A DNA stretch of 63,497 nucleotides, counting the filler, from Licmophora abbreviata (lineage: Eukaryota), in assembly GCA_900291995.1 (NCBI GenBank). It is 24 parts of 24 records of this genome, joined end to end, with 100 filler letters (N's around TTAATTAATTAA, not from the genome) between each part and the next. Parts side by side here need not be neighbours in the genome. Positions count along the whole stretch, not along the records: positions 33,208 to 35,108 come from OLMU01006101.1; positions 35,209 to 36,943 come from OLMU01006102.1; positions 37,044 to 39,142 come from OLMU01006103.1; positions 39,243 to 43,341 come from OLMU01006104.1; positions 43,442 to 44,959 come from OLMU01006105.1; positions 45,060 to 46,232 come from OLMU01006107.1; positions 46,333 to 47,457 come from OLMU01006108.1; 17 more parts are not named here. One strand, written 5' to 3'. The notes under the pieces were generated by a model. It ran no database searches. It had not been told where the DNA came from and worked only from the letters and a program-made list of their open reading frames with translations. Of the stretch, positions 34,561 to 46,799 are shown piece by piece. Position 1 is the first letter of the stretch, and each line of letters begins with the position of its first letter. Both the position numbers and the translations under genes were made by a program.

Positions 34561-35543
34561 GACGTAGAGTCGCCCGTATCACACGAAGGTTCAAATACAC
34601 TCCAGACGATTAGAGTAGCAATTCCTCGCGCAAACGCAAGAGAGGAAATGATCGATCAAGGGAGGAGAAATTGTTCGACGCACAACGGCCAAGACGCCTC
34701 GGGTATCATCTTGTCGTCCGCCGCCCGCCGCTCATAGGCGAAGCGAAGAACTTCTTGGCGCTCTCGTCGTCCAACACTGTTGAAAAATCACACGTTTTGA
34801 CAATAAGAGCGATGGGAATCTCCCGACTCACTCGCGTGGTGGCCTCTGGGTGACGTCGGGATGGCGCAAGCTATTATAATGTAGAGTAGTTTATAAGCCT
34901 CGTAGTTTGTGGATCCACTGATTGCGACGGTTCCCATTAGTTGTCAGAATGTTACCATGGCTTACAATAGAAATCTAAGAGAGAGGACAGGGTTCATACC
35001 GGTACCGCAGTACCAGTTCGACTCTTAGGAGCTGTCGCATGTAGCGAGTGCCAAAGCCCGAATATCACGGAGACATTGCATGCTTCGCTCAAGGGGCATT
35101 CCATCCACNNNNNNNNNNNNNNNNNNNNNNNNNNNNNNNNNNNNNNNNNNNNTTAATTAATTAANNNNNNNNNNNNNNNNNNNNNNNNNNNNNNNNNNNN
35201 NNNNNNNNCTCCATCATTGACAGATTGAAGATTGCGTCGCCGACTGTGATGTGGGTTTGGGACGACAGACAGCATTTCAACTCCGAATTTTAGTATCGGT
35301 CAAACAATTGATCCATTTGGGTTCTGAGGCGTTAAGAAGCGTTTGAGAGTATACGCTACTGAGGCTCGATAATATACCCTGCTGGCGCTCGATTAATTTC
35401 GAAAATCTGCAAATCTGGTAGCTCAGTTTCAGGTTGTGCTTCTTTGCCATCTGTTCTATTCTGTGTCCGCAAGGTCTGCGCAATGGATAGTCTACCTGGT
35501 ACTGGTAACAATTTGATTTCGACGTTAAACGACTGCTCGGAAA

Positions 35544-36925
35544 ATGAGGGACATGCAATGTAGAGTACGCCCAAGGCGCCGCACCATTGTTTCGTTGTGT
35601 GTAGCCGTCACGCTGGGCGTCTCGTCGTCGGCCTTTGTCCCGCGGTCACCCACCATCACCACCACTGACATGTTGAGGTCATCGTATTGCATGTGCACTA
35701 CCATATACTGTGCAGCGCCCCCGCAACGACGCCAAGTTTACCGGCATGCTCATATTCTCAATACTGCATTTGAATGGCTTGCTGTGGAGCGTGCAATGGA
35801 CGAACCGTATGGGAAGTTTTATTGGATGAATCCAGCTGCGTCTCCGAGCGACGACGCATCGATATCATCACAACCAGATGACGAAATCATGCCTCTGTAT
35901 CCCTTGTCCGCAACACATTTGCCTTCAACTATCAACCATACATTTAACAATGTGGAGCCTAGAAACCTAAAGATGACGGAGGTACGACATTTGATTCTTG
36001 TGGCATGTTGTCCGTGTATTTTCTCAAAAATAGAGGCGCCTATCACCCTTGATTCTCCATCACAGGATCTCTTACAATCCAAGGATCGTCGATTTTGCGT
36101 GGTACTACGAGCATCTGATACGGGACGCATAGCTTCTGTTGGGACAGTCATGCAAATCACAGATGTCAGTCGGGACGAACGCGCCGGTATTGTGCGCCGT
36201 TTTGTGATCAAATGTCAATCCGTGGGACTTGCAAGGATTGTCGGCATTGAAAACCCCACTGCCGCTAAACCTGAATCACGATTGCTTCGGTCTACAGAAT
36301 ATTTGAAAGCTCGTGTCAGGAGTTGGTCGTCACAAGAACTCGACTCGTCATCGTATGAAGATGAAGGTCTTGTAGCTCGTATCGTGGATGATTATCGAAT
36401 TGTAAGATCGCTGTACTTGCAGGGCAATGGCGCGGGCGATCTTCCTCCTTTTGCCTTGCAACACTTGAGTAGCCTGATTGGAATGAAAGAGATTTCGCAA
36501 CGGACGAAGGGTTCTGGAATGCCGTTCAGTTGTGGCAAACCTTATGTTATACTGTTCGAGAGCAAAGACAAATAATACTGTCTGCCGATCGCAATGAAGT
36601 CATGATAGCTGCAGCTTGCGAGAAGGGTGGGCCCCTGAAACTGCCCGTTCATGTGGAAGATCTTCCGCCTGAGGTGCGGTACCAGCTAGCAGAGATGGAA
36701 GTGCAAGCACAGATTGATTTTGTTCAACTGGGATTGGATCCCTGTCTGGACTTTCAAAATCTTCTGTGTATGGATGGAAAGACAGAGCAACTGAAGTTCC
36801 TTTCCAAAATGATCTCTCGCGAACGTCGGAGACTAGAACAACTGTCAACGGAACCGACGACTCAAAGTCAGGTGATTGAAGAAGAGGCACCGCGAAAGGG
36901 TGCCTGGTTTGAGGGATTCGAGTAG
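35544..36925 (+). CDS. Plastid-targeted protein with Lon N-terminal (substrate-binding)-like domain (frameshift near 36473)
   Basis: Signal peptide + SSAFVP; MPLYPL...HLP......NVEPRNLKM, FCVV....GRIA.VGTVM.I. Intron 35982-36065. The ORFs join via AGC-C(C)T-GAT-TGG. Confidence 0.7.
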
Positions 36926-37297
36926 TAGAACATCCGCATTTACNNNNNNNNNNNNNNNNNNNNNNNNNNNNNNNNNNNNNNNNNNNNTTAATTAATTAAN
37001 NNNNNNNNNNNNNNNNNNNNNNNNNNNNNNNNNNNNNNNNNNNACTGCTATAGCAGCGAGTCTTCAGTTGTTTTTGGTATCGTATGGTGCCTCTGTGATG
37101 GTCTCTAGCAGAACAAGTCGAGGTGCGTGCGATCGACGGACGAACTGTGGGTGTCTCGCGACCGTGGATTTTTTCATGCGATGCTACAGCCGATGGCCGA
37201 TGGCAACGATAGATTCAACGCGAGCATTTCACCGCCAAACACACCTGTCGCTTCAGCTGATATGAGAAAAGATACTGCCGCACATTCCAATTTGATC

Positions 37298-39142
37298 ATG
37301 TATTATGTCCTGGCGTTTTCCTGGTCTATTCTGGTGGCATCAGCGTTCACAGTACATCCGATCCGACAATCCTTTGTCAACTCAAGATTTCAGACGTCTC
37401 GAGTCGCAACAATGGAGAATACGGAAGTAAATGCAGCTCAAACTCAAGCTTACGGGGCTGGACAGATCACCGTATTAGAAGGACTAGATCCTGTGAGGAA
37501 ACGTCCTGGCATGTAAGAGAGTAAACCCTCGGTGCTTGTTATTCGTTCTGTCGATCATCTCATCGTCTGACATCGCGACATGTTCTTTATCCTTTCGTTG
37601 ATCGAAACTGCAGGTATATTGGATCAACAGGGCCTGATGGACTGCATCATTTGGTAAGTGAACAAAATTTCATCTGCTAACCGTGGTTGAATCGCGTTGC
37701 TAATAATTCATTCGATCGTTGCGCACACCTACAGGTATGGGAGGTCGTTGACAACAGCGTAGACGAAGCCTTGGCGGGGCACGCGACTTACATATCGGTC
37801 ACAATCAATGAGGACGGATCGTGTACTGTGATGGACGATGGTCGTGGTATTCCGACGGACTTGCACCCGACAACGGGAGTGTCAGCTCTCGAAACTGTCT
37901 TAACTGTTTTGCATGCAGGAGGAAAGTTCGACAATCAGGCGGGGACAGGAGGTTACAAGGTTTCGGGAGGCCTCCACGGTGTCGGGATTAGCGTTGTGAA
38001 TGCTCTGAGCTCCTCCGTCGATGTTAATGTCGAGCGAAATGGCGATGTCTATTCCATGAGATTCGAGCGAGGTGTCCCCACTGGACACCTGCGGGTTGAC
38101 AAGGCACGAAACATAGTCAAGTGTGACAATATCGAAGAGAAACTGGAGGAGCTCGGAGAGGGTCTTGCCGCACCTGGCGAGGATACGGATGACGACCTCC
38201 ACGATCAGAGAGCTAAGTTGAACCTTGTTCGAAAGCTCCAGCAGGAGCGCAAGTCTGGTACACAAGTGACCTTTCTGCCGGACATTGACGTGTTCAAGGG
38301 GGAAGACGGGAAGCCCGACATTTCTTTTGTATCCGAACGACTTCGTGGGCGGATGGACGAAATCGCGTATCTCAATGCTGGGCTGGTTCTTACATTGGAA
38401 GACAATAGAGAAATGGGCCCGAAGAAGCGGAAGATGGAAGTCTTCTATCATGCTGGGGGTCTAGCGGAGTACGTCGACTTGCTCTGCGCAGCGAAGACTC
38501 CGCTGCTAGGTGGCAGTGCGGTAAAGAGGGGAACGAAGCGGTCAAAAAAAATCTCAAAGGACGCGTCGAACGATCGTATTGCGGGGCTACTGTCAGAAGA
38601 CGGGAGAACTATTCTTTGCTCGGGTGCTGCGAATGAGGATGACAGCCCAAATCCGCCCGTGAGCGTCTCCGTAGCTCTCCGGTGGTCATCAGACATGTAC
38701 ACGGAATCGATTCTTTCTTTCTGTAACAACATCAGAACTCGAGACGGCGGGTCACACGTGGATGGGCTGAAGGCATGTTTGACGAGAACTGTCAACCAAG
38801 TGGCAAAACGAATGGGGAAGCTTAAGGACGGGTCGTCAAATCTTCCCGGAGAGTTCGTTCGCGAGGGGTTGACGGCGATTATATCAGTGTCAGTGACCGA
38901 GCCCGAATTTGAAGGACAGACAAAGGGTCGCCTCGGAAATCCAGAAGTTCGCCCCGCAGTCGATACACTGCTCAGCGCAGAGCTTACGAAGCTGTTTGAC
39001 TTTCGACCAGATATTCTAGATGATATCTACACAAAAGCTAGCGAAGCCCAGACAGCTGCGAATGCCGCAAGAGCGGCCCGGGATATGGTCCGGCGCAAAA
39101 CGCTGTTAAGCTCTACGGTTCTCCCTGGAAAGCTTGCTGATT
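37298..39142 (+). CDS. gyrB: Organellar DNA gyrase subunit B (ATPase half; Toprim half in gap)
   Basis: Exons 37298-37512, 37614-37653, 37735-39142. [75 protein letters not shown]. Signal peptide + VASAF. Confidence 0.96.
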
Positions 39143-39338
39143 NNNNNNNNNNNNNNNNNNNNNNNNNNNNNNNNNNNNNNNNNNNNTTAATTAATTAANN
39201 NNNNNNNNNNNNNNNNNNNNNNNNNNNNNNNNNNNNNNNNNNTTGCCTATCGCCTATCCTTATTGGCTAGCAAATACAGCATAAAATAACCTTTCGTTCT
39301 AATCGAAGTATATTATGAGAAGACCAGCAACTCGTCAA

Positions 39339-42300
39339 CTACCTTGCCGTCGAGGCAAGCTGGTTGACTGCCGCACGCGCAGCCTTTATCAACTCTGCGT
39401 TGGCACGATCGCTTTGGAGGGTTTCCATCAAGATTGCAGTGCCATCAAGAGCAACGATCTTGGATTTGCAGTCTTCTGACTGCGCTGCCATAGCCCATAA
39501 CGCGGTACACGCCTCTTGTTGAAAATCAAGTGCATCTGGGTTGTCCTTCATTGCGCTTATGATCGTAGAGATACTGCCAGCAACCTCTGGACCGAGATCG
39601 GGGTTGAACAAGACAACATTCCGGAGGGTCAGTGCCCCAAGCTCTAGTATTCCCACAGCTGAGGGATTATTTCGCATCGTCTCAACAATAATGCTGATTC
39701 CTTGTGCTTCCCCGATCGCTCTAGCGATGGATTCAATTCCGCTCACATTGGACAACACCCCACACGCAATTTCTAATATTCTTCTCTCCTGAGGGTGCAT
39801 CATTATGGCGCAGACCACTGTGTCAACGCCACTGTTTGAGATGATACACTCCTGGATGTCATTAGAATCGCTGGCAACAGTCCAGATCGCTCCGCAACCT
39901 ACTTCAAGGAGCGCTGGAGATTCGGAGTGAGCCTGCATGGCATTGATGATTGCCCCAACAGCGCCGGAATGGACAACTCGTGCTTGTACTGCTTCGTCAC
40001 CCGAATGTGAGCAAATATTCCAGATAATGGAACAAGCATTTATCTGCAAGGCCTCACAGTCAATCTGCGCCGCCATTGCTTGCACAAGCGTGCTTATCGC
40101 ATCCTGGCGTAGAAACTCCGACACTCCATCGCCGTAACAAGTCAGATTCCACCAGACTTTCGATATTGTCTCCACGAGCCGTCTCTCAGTCTTGTACTTC
40201 CTGAGGGAAGACATCGACGAAAGAACCACCCCCTGCAAGATAAGTGACGAGCACGGAGACTTGTCCACTGAAAGAGAACATAGCAAACTGAACACCGCAT
40301 GCTGAACTTCTGGCGACTCTTCATGTCGTCCTACTGTATGCATGACCAGAGCAAGCACTTCCTCGTAAGAGAGCTGTTGCTTGACACCTGAATTGTCAAC
40401 TGCCAGAGTAAGTAAACACCGTAACGCTTGAACCTGTAGCTCGGCGCTAAGGGGGAATGCTTGCATCGCTTGTATCACCAGGTCAATTCCGCATTCATGT
40501 AGAATTCCATCTTTCAGCGCAGGAGAAGTGGCAAGGTTCGCGAGCAAGGCACATGCCTCAACATTCATGCCAACGCTATCCGTATCCCGGTAGAAGGTTA
40601 CAGACTGGGTAATGGTAGACAGAATCCCTGTCTCGTGGCATAGCTCGTGGATAGTAGAATCCTTCGTGAGAGTTACAAGAGCGCCGAAGGAAGATTCAAG
40701 CAGAGGTGACGCTTCAGATTTGCCTTGATGGTAGCGCGCAGCGTTTACAATAGTGTAGACATACGACGGGGCCGAGCTGAGCCGGTTGGCGAAATCTTCA
40801 TTGGACGACAAGCACCAAAGCAGTCGACACGCATGTTCCGCAGCCACCAGATCAGATTGAGCCATCTGTAATGCGCGACAAATGACATCGACGCCTGCAT
40901 TGTCGAAGCTCATGAGCTGCGTCTTGATGCTTTCTGCGTGGACAGAAAGCAAGCATTGACTGTGGAGCGCTCGTAGCCCCCATTCTTGTAAGATCCTTGA
41001 GGTTCGATGGGTATCCATAGCGTTGACGACGCATAGGACTGCCCCTGATAGCGCCCCGTCGGTGACTTTCAAGTTGTGACTTGAAGCGGAGGCCAAACAG
41101 CTGAGAGCACCGCATCCAGATCGTTGAATGGTTTCAACGGAAATGTGAGTCTGCATGACAATCAGAAGTGCATCAACAGCACTTGCGGCAACATCACCAA
41201 CAAGAATGTCACTGATCGAATCACCGTCAAGGGAAGCCGATAGCGCAAACATCAATTCCGTGGCCGCCGCTTGAATGGCAGAATCCGCCATACATTCCCA
41301 CATGTTTTTCACAAGAGCCTCTAGACCATGATACTGCTCGACAAACGACTTGGCTTTCTGGCCGTTCTTCCATACTATTTCGGTCAAACTATGGAATGCG
41401 CGCTCTCGCAAGCGGTTGTTGGTTTTGTCAACATTATTAAGACAGGAGCAAATGGTTTGAATGTCGTTCACAGTCTGTTTCTTCCTCGCGCCTGGGGCGG
41501 GTCTCTCTGTAGAGACTGGTGTCCTCCAAGAGTCATGCAGCTCGGATGTAGCAGCCGCAGTATCGCGCTCAATTGGGATGCTCCATTTGCTACGACCCTG
41601 TCGAGGTGAGAGCATAAAATCCGCGTGGTCATTGTCGGGTCTCCCACGGTTTCTAAAGAGGGGCGGTGCCTCGGTGTCAACAGAGGGCCTACGTTGGGCC
41701 CCCGCGTTGGGGCTAGTGTCGGGCACCACCTGATCCATGAATGCCGCCGGGGCGAAACGTAAATCCGGAGGATCGAGCCCTGAGGCATTCGCATATCCAG
41801 CAGACTCAGCATAGCGTGGCGCCTCTACTTCACGCTTCTCCTCGTCAAAGTCTCCACCAATAGAAGGCGGCCCGGGCACAGTGGCATACGTGTTGGTACC
41901 TGGATTGAGAGCGCCATCGATTTCACGTCCACTGCCACGTTTCATGCTCAATTGCGGAATAAGCCGACGTCTAAGAGCCGGCGAGGACATCTCCGCTGCT
42001 CCCATGTCTCGGCGACTGCCACCACCAAGGTCTCGGCGACTTGTACCGAGTCTCCGAGATGAGCCAGGTTGGTCATTGCCGTCAGCAAGGCGATCCATTC
42101 GTTCAGTGCTGGTCCGTGCTGCAAACGCTGCGCCATTAGGCCTGGACTTAGAACGAGGGCGTGGATCAGGGCGAGCATCGTCGGGGTACAAACTCGGCTC
42201 CGGGGGGCGACGAAGCGGAGGGGGCAGATCCGGGTCACTCAAGTCGCTGCCTTCCTCTTCGATCAACGGTTCGTGGTCCTGATGCATATGAGCCCTTTGT

Positions 42301-42863
42301 TGCCTCATGGCGCCTTGGATAAGCTCGTAGTCCATAGTAATCTGCGTGGCGTCGTCATTGAAACCTTCACCTTCCGCTTCTTCGAATGCAATGGTCATAA
42401 AAGCGGGTCCGTTGGTTTGCTGCTGCTGGACTGGCCTCGCCGGGGCCGGGGGGAAGTGATTCAGTCTAGGATCATATCCAGGGCGATGCTCAATCGCCGG
42501 CACATGGATTTCGTGGTTATGATCAACTTGACCTACTGGAACTGCGGCGGCGTCCTCGAGACGATATGACAATCGATCGTATGGGTCTGGCTGTACTTGA
42601 GGCGGTGGTCGCGAACCACCAGTCGGACGGCGCTGATACCCTTCAATGGGATGGCACTTCAGGCACTGTCCATTGCGAGTGAGTCCTTCGATCGTCAGAG
42701 GTTTCTTCCGGCCCATGAGGTGAGTCCTATGCGTCTTATTGCCACATGTTGGGCATTCGCCTTTGCGAATTCGCCTATCACTGATAGTGTTCCCTGCTTC
42801 ACCGATATTTACACCGATTCTCTCCATATTACGAGAATCCCTTCGTTTATTCGTCTTCCTCAT
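39339..42863 (-). CDS. Armadillo-repeat protein with N-terminal CxxC...CxxC module and long Pro-rich linker
   Basis: 1174-aa intronless ORF with repeated ARM-like units (GAV.AII.AM..H......Q..AC.AIW.L) over the C-terminal ~700 aa. Confidence 0.85.
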   Translation of the reverse strand: MRKTNKRRDSRNMERIGVNIGEAGNTISDRRIRKGECPTCGNKTHRTHLMGRKKPLTIEGLTRNGQCLKCHPIEGYQRRPTGGSRPPPQVQPDPYDRLSYRLEDAAAVPVGQVDHNHEIHVPAIEHRPGYDPRLNHFPPAPARPVQQQQTNGPAFMTIAFEEAEGEGFNDDATQITMDYELIQGAMRQQRAHMHQDHEPLIEEEGSDLSDPDLPPPLRRPPEPSLYPDDARPDPRPRSKSRPNGAAFAARTSTERMDRLADGNDQPGSSRRLGTSRRDLGGGSRRDMGAAEMSSPALRRRLIPQLSMKRGSGREIDGALNPGTNTYATVPGPPSIGGDFDEEKREVEAPRYAESAGYANASGLDPPDLRFAPAAFMDQVVPDTSPNAGAQRRPSVDTEAPPLFRNRGRPDNDHADFMLSPRQGRSKWSIPIERDTAAATSELHDSWRTPVSTERPAPGARKKQTVNDIQTICSCLNNVDKTNNRLRERAFHSLTEIVWKNGQKAKSFVEQYHGLEALVKNMWECMADSAIQAAATELMFALSASLDGDSISDILVGDVAASAVDALLIVMQTHISVETIQRSGCGALSCLASASSHNLKVTDGALSGAVLCVVNAMDTHRTSRILQEWGLRALHSQCLLSVHAESIKTQLMSFDNAGVDVICRALQMAQSDLVAAEHACRLLWCLSSNEDFANRLSSAPSYVYTIVNAARYHQGKSEASPLLESSFGALVTLTKDSTIHELCHETGILSTITQSVTFYRDTDSVGMNVEACALLANLATSPALKDGILHECGIDLVIQAMQAFPLSAELQVQALRCLLTLAVDNSGVKQQLSYEEVLALVMHTVGRHEESPEVQHAVFSLLCSLSVDKSPCSSLILQGVVLSSMSSLRKYKTERRLVETISKVWWNLTCYGDGVSEFLRQDAISTLVQAMAAQIDCEALQINACSIIWNICSHSGDEAVQARVVHSGAVGAIINAMQAHSESPALLEVGCGAIWTVASDSNDIQECIISNSGVDTVVCAIMMHPQERRILEIACGVLSNVSGIESIARAIGEAQGISIIVETMRNNPSAVGILELGALTLRNVVLFNPDLGPEVAGSISTIISAMKDNPDALDFQQEACTALWAMAAQSEDCKSKIVALDGTAILMETLQSDRANAELIKAARAAVNQLASTAR

Positions 42864-43441
42864 TTTCCTTTTTGTGAATCGTTGATGGTTTAAAAGTGAT
42901 GCTCGATTCCACGAGACGCGCCTTGTTCATAAATTGAACAAAGAGAGGACAGTATAGAAGCAAGGGGTCGACGTCGTCCAGGCTTACTCTTGTTTATCTC
43001 TTTCAATCTTGCCCTTCCTCAAATTCTGGGGACTGACAAGATCAAAACTCATCGCGGACAGGTTGAAGTTTGACCCGCCATAGGATTCTCACGTACGATT
43101 TTATTTTTTTAAGTAAGGCAAGACATGAGGTTTATTTATGTATTTTCGAATTGAACGGACACCAAAATATCAATATTGGCAAGGTGAAGTCAGGTGCTGG
43201 AGTTCTATCGATCACGACATGGCATGGGATGAATTCGAACGACCTCTGTGTCAACGCTCCATTATTTTTCCCTCTGAAAATCGTATCCTCGACTAATCCT
43301 ATATAGAACGCTATGTTGGCGCAAACTGACACACCACCCCGNNNNNNNNNNNNNNNNNNNNNNNNNNNNNNNNNNNNNNNNNNNNTTAATTAATTAANNN
43401 NNNNNNNNNNNNNNNNNNNNNNNNNNNNNNNNNNNNNNNNN

Positions 43442-44343
43442 TGGCGTCGTCATTGTCTGTCAAGACGTTTCCCCAGCCGGACGATCCATCGTCAACACGC
43501 ATTGCCGGAGGGGCTGTTCAGTTTGTCCACAAGCTGAGAGAAGACCTTCCAGACGACCAAATTCTGTTAGACTCTCCCGTTGTATCCTGCACACTACAAA
43601 GTGGTGAAGAGACGTGTAGCTCAAGCGACTCGCCCAGCAACTATAACGACACTGGTCTCATTCGAGTCGAGACGTCGTCGAAAGAAGTTTTCCTGGCACG
43701 TCGTGTCGTTCTCGCAGCGCCACCAAGGCTCATCTCCAAACACATTCGATTTAACCCACCCCTCTCTGAAGAGAAACAATCGGCCATGACATCGAGCAAT
43801 ACCTGGATGGCGGGGGTGACCAAGGTTGCTCTGCTGTACAAGACCCGATTCTGGGACGAGCATTCGTCGAACATGGGCCTTCCATCAAATCTTGGCCCAG
43901 CGTTCCAGGTATACGACTCATCGACAGAGGATGGCATAGTTTCTGGACTTACTTTCTTCACCGTGGCTGGTACCGACAATGATGAGGAATTGGCGAGCCA
44001 GTGTGCCACCCAGATGGGAGAGCTGTGGTCATACATGAGAAAGCCTGACTTTGCGCTTCAAGCGAAGGAATATGTTGACTACCATGTGCGACGATGGCCA
44101 AAAGATGGCTTCATTAGTGAGGATTCCAATCCTAGTCGCGTTCAACCACATCCTAGTCCTGTGAGAGCTCTGTCAACTAGCGAGTGGGACGGTGCGCTAC
44201 TTTTTGCCGGAAGCGAGTCAGATCGCTTATCGCCTGGCGTGATGGAAGGTGCGGTCAGTGCCGCCCTCCGAGTTGCGAAAGAACTCAAGTTGTATGCATC
44301 TCAGGTGGCAAGAGATGTTGCAGGAGCGGCGAGTTCGCGATAG
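43442..44343 (+). CDS. Flavin-containing amine oxidase, C-terminal part
   Basis: RIAGG, VVLAAPPRL, TWMAG..K..L.Y.T.FW, LLFAGSE......G.MEGAV.AA.R. Confidence 0.85.
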
Positions 44344-45122
44344 AGATAATTGAGTTTCCATTCGACTTTGTGTAGGCATGCACGGCATTTGCTATGTGGC
44401 TAGGAAGTTGAAACTGATCACTGGGGACTGCTAATAGATAGGTTCTGTACAATCTAGATCAGTCTTGAGGTTGCTTTGCTTTTCTGGCGCGATGTTACGA
44501 TCATCATGAGGATGAAGCACACGTCGTCTTTCTGTTGTTTCGGCTCAATCCTATACCGGTATCGCGACCCCACACATCATCAAAATGGATGATGGCGCGC
44601 ATCACTTTTGACGCCGCGCCGCGCGTCACCATCAGCACAGCGGCTGGGTGAGGGTTAGGGGTCGCGCTCATCTCATCTCATCGCCGTCCTTGTTGGAATC
44701 ACTAATACCGAGCATCCCATCATCAGCACAAGCCACCGCGACGACAGTGTCGTACAGGTGGAGTGTGTTTCAGAAGCTGCAGCGGCGGTTCCTGTAAACC
44801 ATGCATTAAAAAAGAGGCGCGATCAGCACGCCAACTTACAATCACAAAACATTGGAAGGAAACGGCGAGGACTGAGACGCTGCGACAAGACCCAAATTGT
44901 ACGCTGCATGACGGCGCCATCACAACAGAGTAATCTAGCCGAGGACCAGGACCATTGCTNNNNNNNNNNNNNNNNNNNNNNNNNNNNNNNNNNNNNNNNN
45001 NNNTTAATTAATTAANNNNNNNNNNNNNNNNNNNNNNNNNNNNNNNNNNNNNNNNNNNNCATACCCGCTAAAGTGTCCCGATTTCGAATTCTTTTAACCT
45101 TTTCGTCCTTTCTCCACCGTAG

Positions 45123-45581
45123 ATTGCCGGAGCATATCCTGGGCTGACCGCGGAAGATTTTCTTGCCGTCACATCTGAGCCGCCTGCGGAGGTCGGCCAG
45201 TGGACGTATGACTTTAGTGATCCAGACGGTCCTCAACTCGGAACGGTTGCAGTCGATGGGAGCAATGTCGTCGCTTCTGCGGAAGATCCAGTAGCCATAA
45301 TTGCGGAGCACCCATCGCTCGGCATTGACCTGCCAGAGGAGCTGAAAGATCCCGTGGATATTCTCGTGTTTGTGGATCGAGCGAGACGAACGTTTGAAGA
45401 ACGAAAGTTCCTCGTATTTGACACACCACAGTCTGGTGTGACGATTGGGGCGTTTGGGTCGAAGGCTGAAGTGCCGTCAGATGCAACAATCCTGGGGCGC
45501 GTCGAACTAGTTCAGATCCCTTGGCTTCCTTTCATGAAACCCACAAAGACCGGCTTTATGGAGGCGGACGAGTACTTCTAA
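45123..45581 (+). CDS. Exon 2 of a plastid-targeted hypothetical protein (exon 1 at 47198-47410)
   Basis: Pyrimidine tract + TAG acceptor at 45120-45122, then a 153-codon open frame IAGAYPGLT...MEADEYF*. The contig start 45060-45079 is identical to 47438-47457. Confidence 0.8.
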   Translation: MAGAYPGLTAEDFLAVTSEPPAEVGQWTYDFSDPDGPQLGTVAVDGSNVVASAEDPVAIIAEHPSLGIDLPEELKDPVDILVFVDRARRTFEERKFLVFDTPQSGVTIGAFGSKAEVPSDATILGRVELVQIPWLPFMKPTKTGFMEADEYF

Positions 45582-46332
45582 GTCGAATTGCAGTAATGGC
45601 AACCGCGAACGTCTCAACACTTGCATAGGGAATGTGGAAGCAATCGATTTGACAGAGCTCGTCCGGTAACACTATGCGCCACCTTCTACTAATGGTAAAA
45701 GACGACGAATAGAAGGTTTCATTATTCCAAGCGTAGATCGTTCTACAGGGGCTAGATTAACAGACCTAACTGGGATCTCCTATTGTTAGTTTGAGACGAT
45801 GCGACACGATCGTTTAGATGATGGCGATGACAACGAGTATGACTATGGACAAGACCAACAGCGGCACGCGGCCAGACCACGAAAACGCTTCTCATGAGGA
45901 AGCATCTTCAATGTTGTCATCTTGAATAGACGCACGTGGGAATCAGTACAAGCCGTCGTAGAACGTGAGACACAAAGTGATTGGTCCACAATTTGCTTGA
46001 CTTGCGAACCGTGAGTGCCATGGGACTTTTTTCGTCAGATTTGCCGTGCGTTCGCGTCGTTCTTAGTGTGCAGGAGCGTATCGATATGCAATTGTTGTCT
46101 TTTGGTCTTTGTGTGGAGCGAAAATCGCGAAACAAGCGATTTTGACAATGATGATGCGCTGCCGTCATGGTGGCGTCGATGCATCCCTCTGTCGACGTCA
46201 GAGCGTTGATTCGCCAACGTAGCCTCAGTACTNNNNNNNNNNNNNNNNNNNNNNNNNNNNNNNNNNNNNNNNNNNNTTAATTAATTAANNNNNNNNNNNN
46301 NNNNNNNNNNNNNNNNNNNNNNNNNNNNNNNN

Positions 46333-46799
46333 AGACCAGTCTCGGACAAGCAAAAGCGCTCTGTCCAGATACGACGTACTTGCTTCGATTCGACGGAGGC
46401 TCCCGAGGAAACCCTGGTGTTGCCGGTGCCGGGATGGCCCTGTTCAGCTTGGACGCTCATACTGAGCTCTGGTGTGGCTGGAAGTTCCTTGGCGACAATG
46501 TGACCAACAACCAAGCGGAATACAATGGCTTGCTAGTGGGCTTACAGTGTGCCGCGTCGTTAGGCGCGACGAAGCTCGTGGTGGAAAGCGATAGTCAACT
46601 TGTCGTTCGCCAGATGCAAGGCCTGTACGGTGTCAAGTCGGAAAAACTACAAGATCTATATCAAGCGTCAAAGGATCTTATCGGCAAATTTCAATGTTGT
46701 GAGATTCGACACATAAGCCGCGCCGAGAACTCTCGTGCAGATGAGCTCGCAAATGAAGCGATGGAAAGTCGTCACTCGTACGGTTTTGATGAGTACTAG
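46333..46799 (+). CDS. Ribonuclease HI (archaeal/actinobacterial/plant-like subtype), 5' part in gap
   Basis: FDGGSRGNPG.AGAG, TNNQAEY, ESDSQLVV.Q, HI.R.ENSRADELAN. All four acidic catalytic residues are present. Confidence 0.9.

Noticed and set aside
37298..39142. gyrB, mnmA and AlgH as bacterial contamination
   Set aside because: Spliceosomal introns and/or bipartite targeting peptides show they are nuclear genes for organellar proteins.
44645..44661. GGGTGAGGGTTAGGGG telomere-like or G-rich patch
   Set aside because: It has only one perfect TTAGGG and three G-runs, too short to call an interstitial telomere or G-quadruplex.
46333..46799. RNase H as a remnant of an LTR retrotransposon
   Set aside because: It has a clean stop right after the domain, no RT, integrase or LTR nearby, and motifs fitting a cellular RNase HI. 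The missing 5' part prevents complete exclusion.
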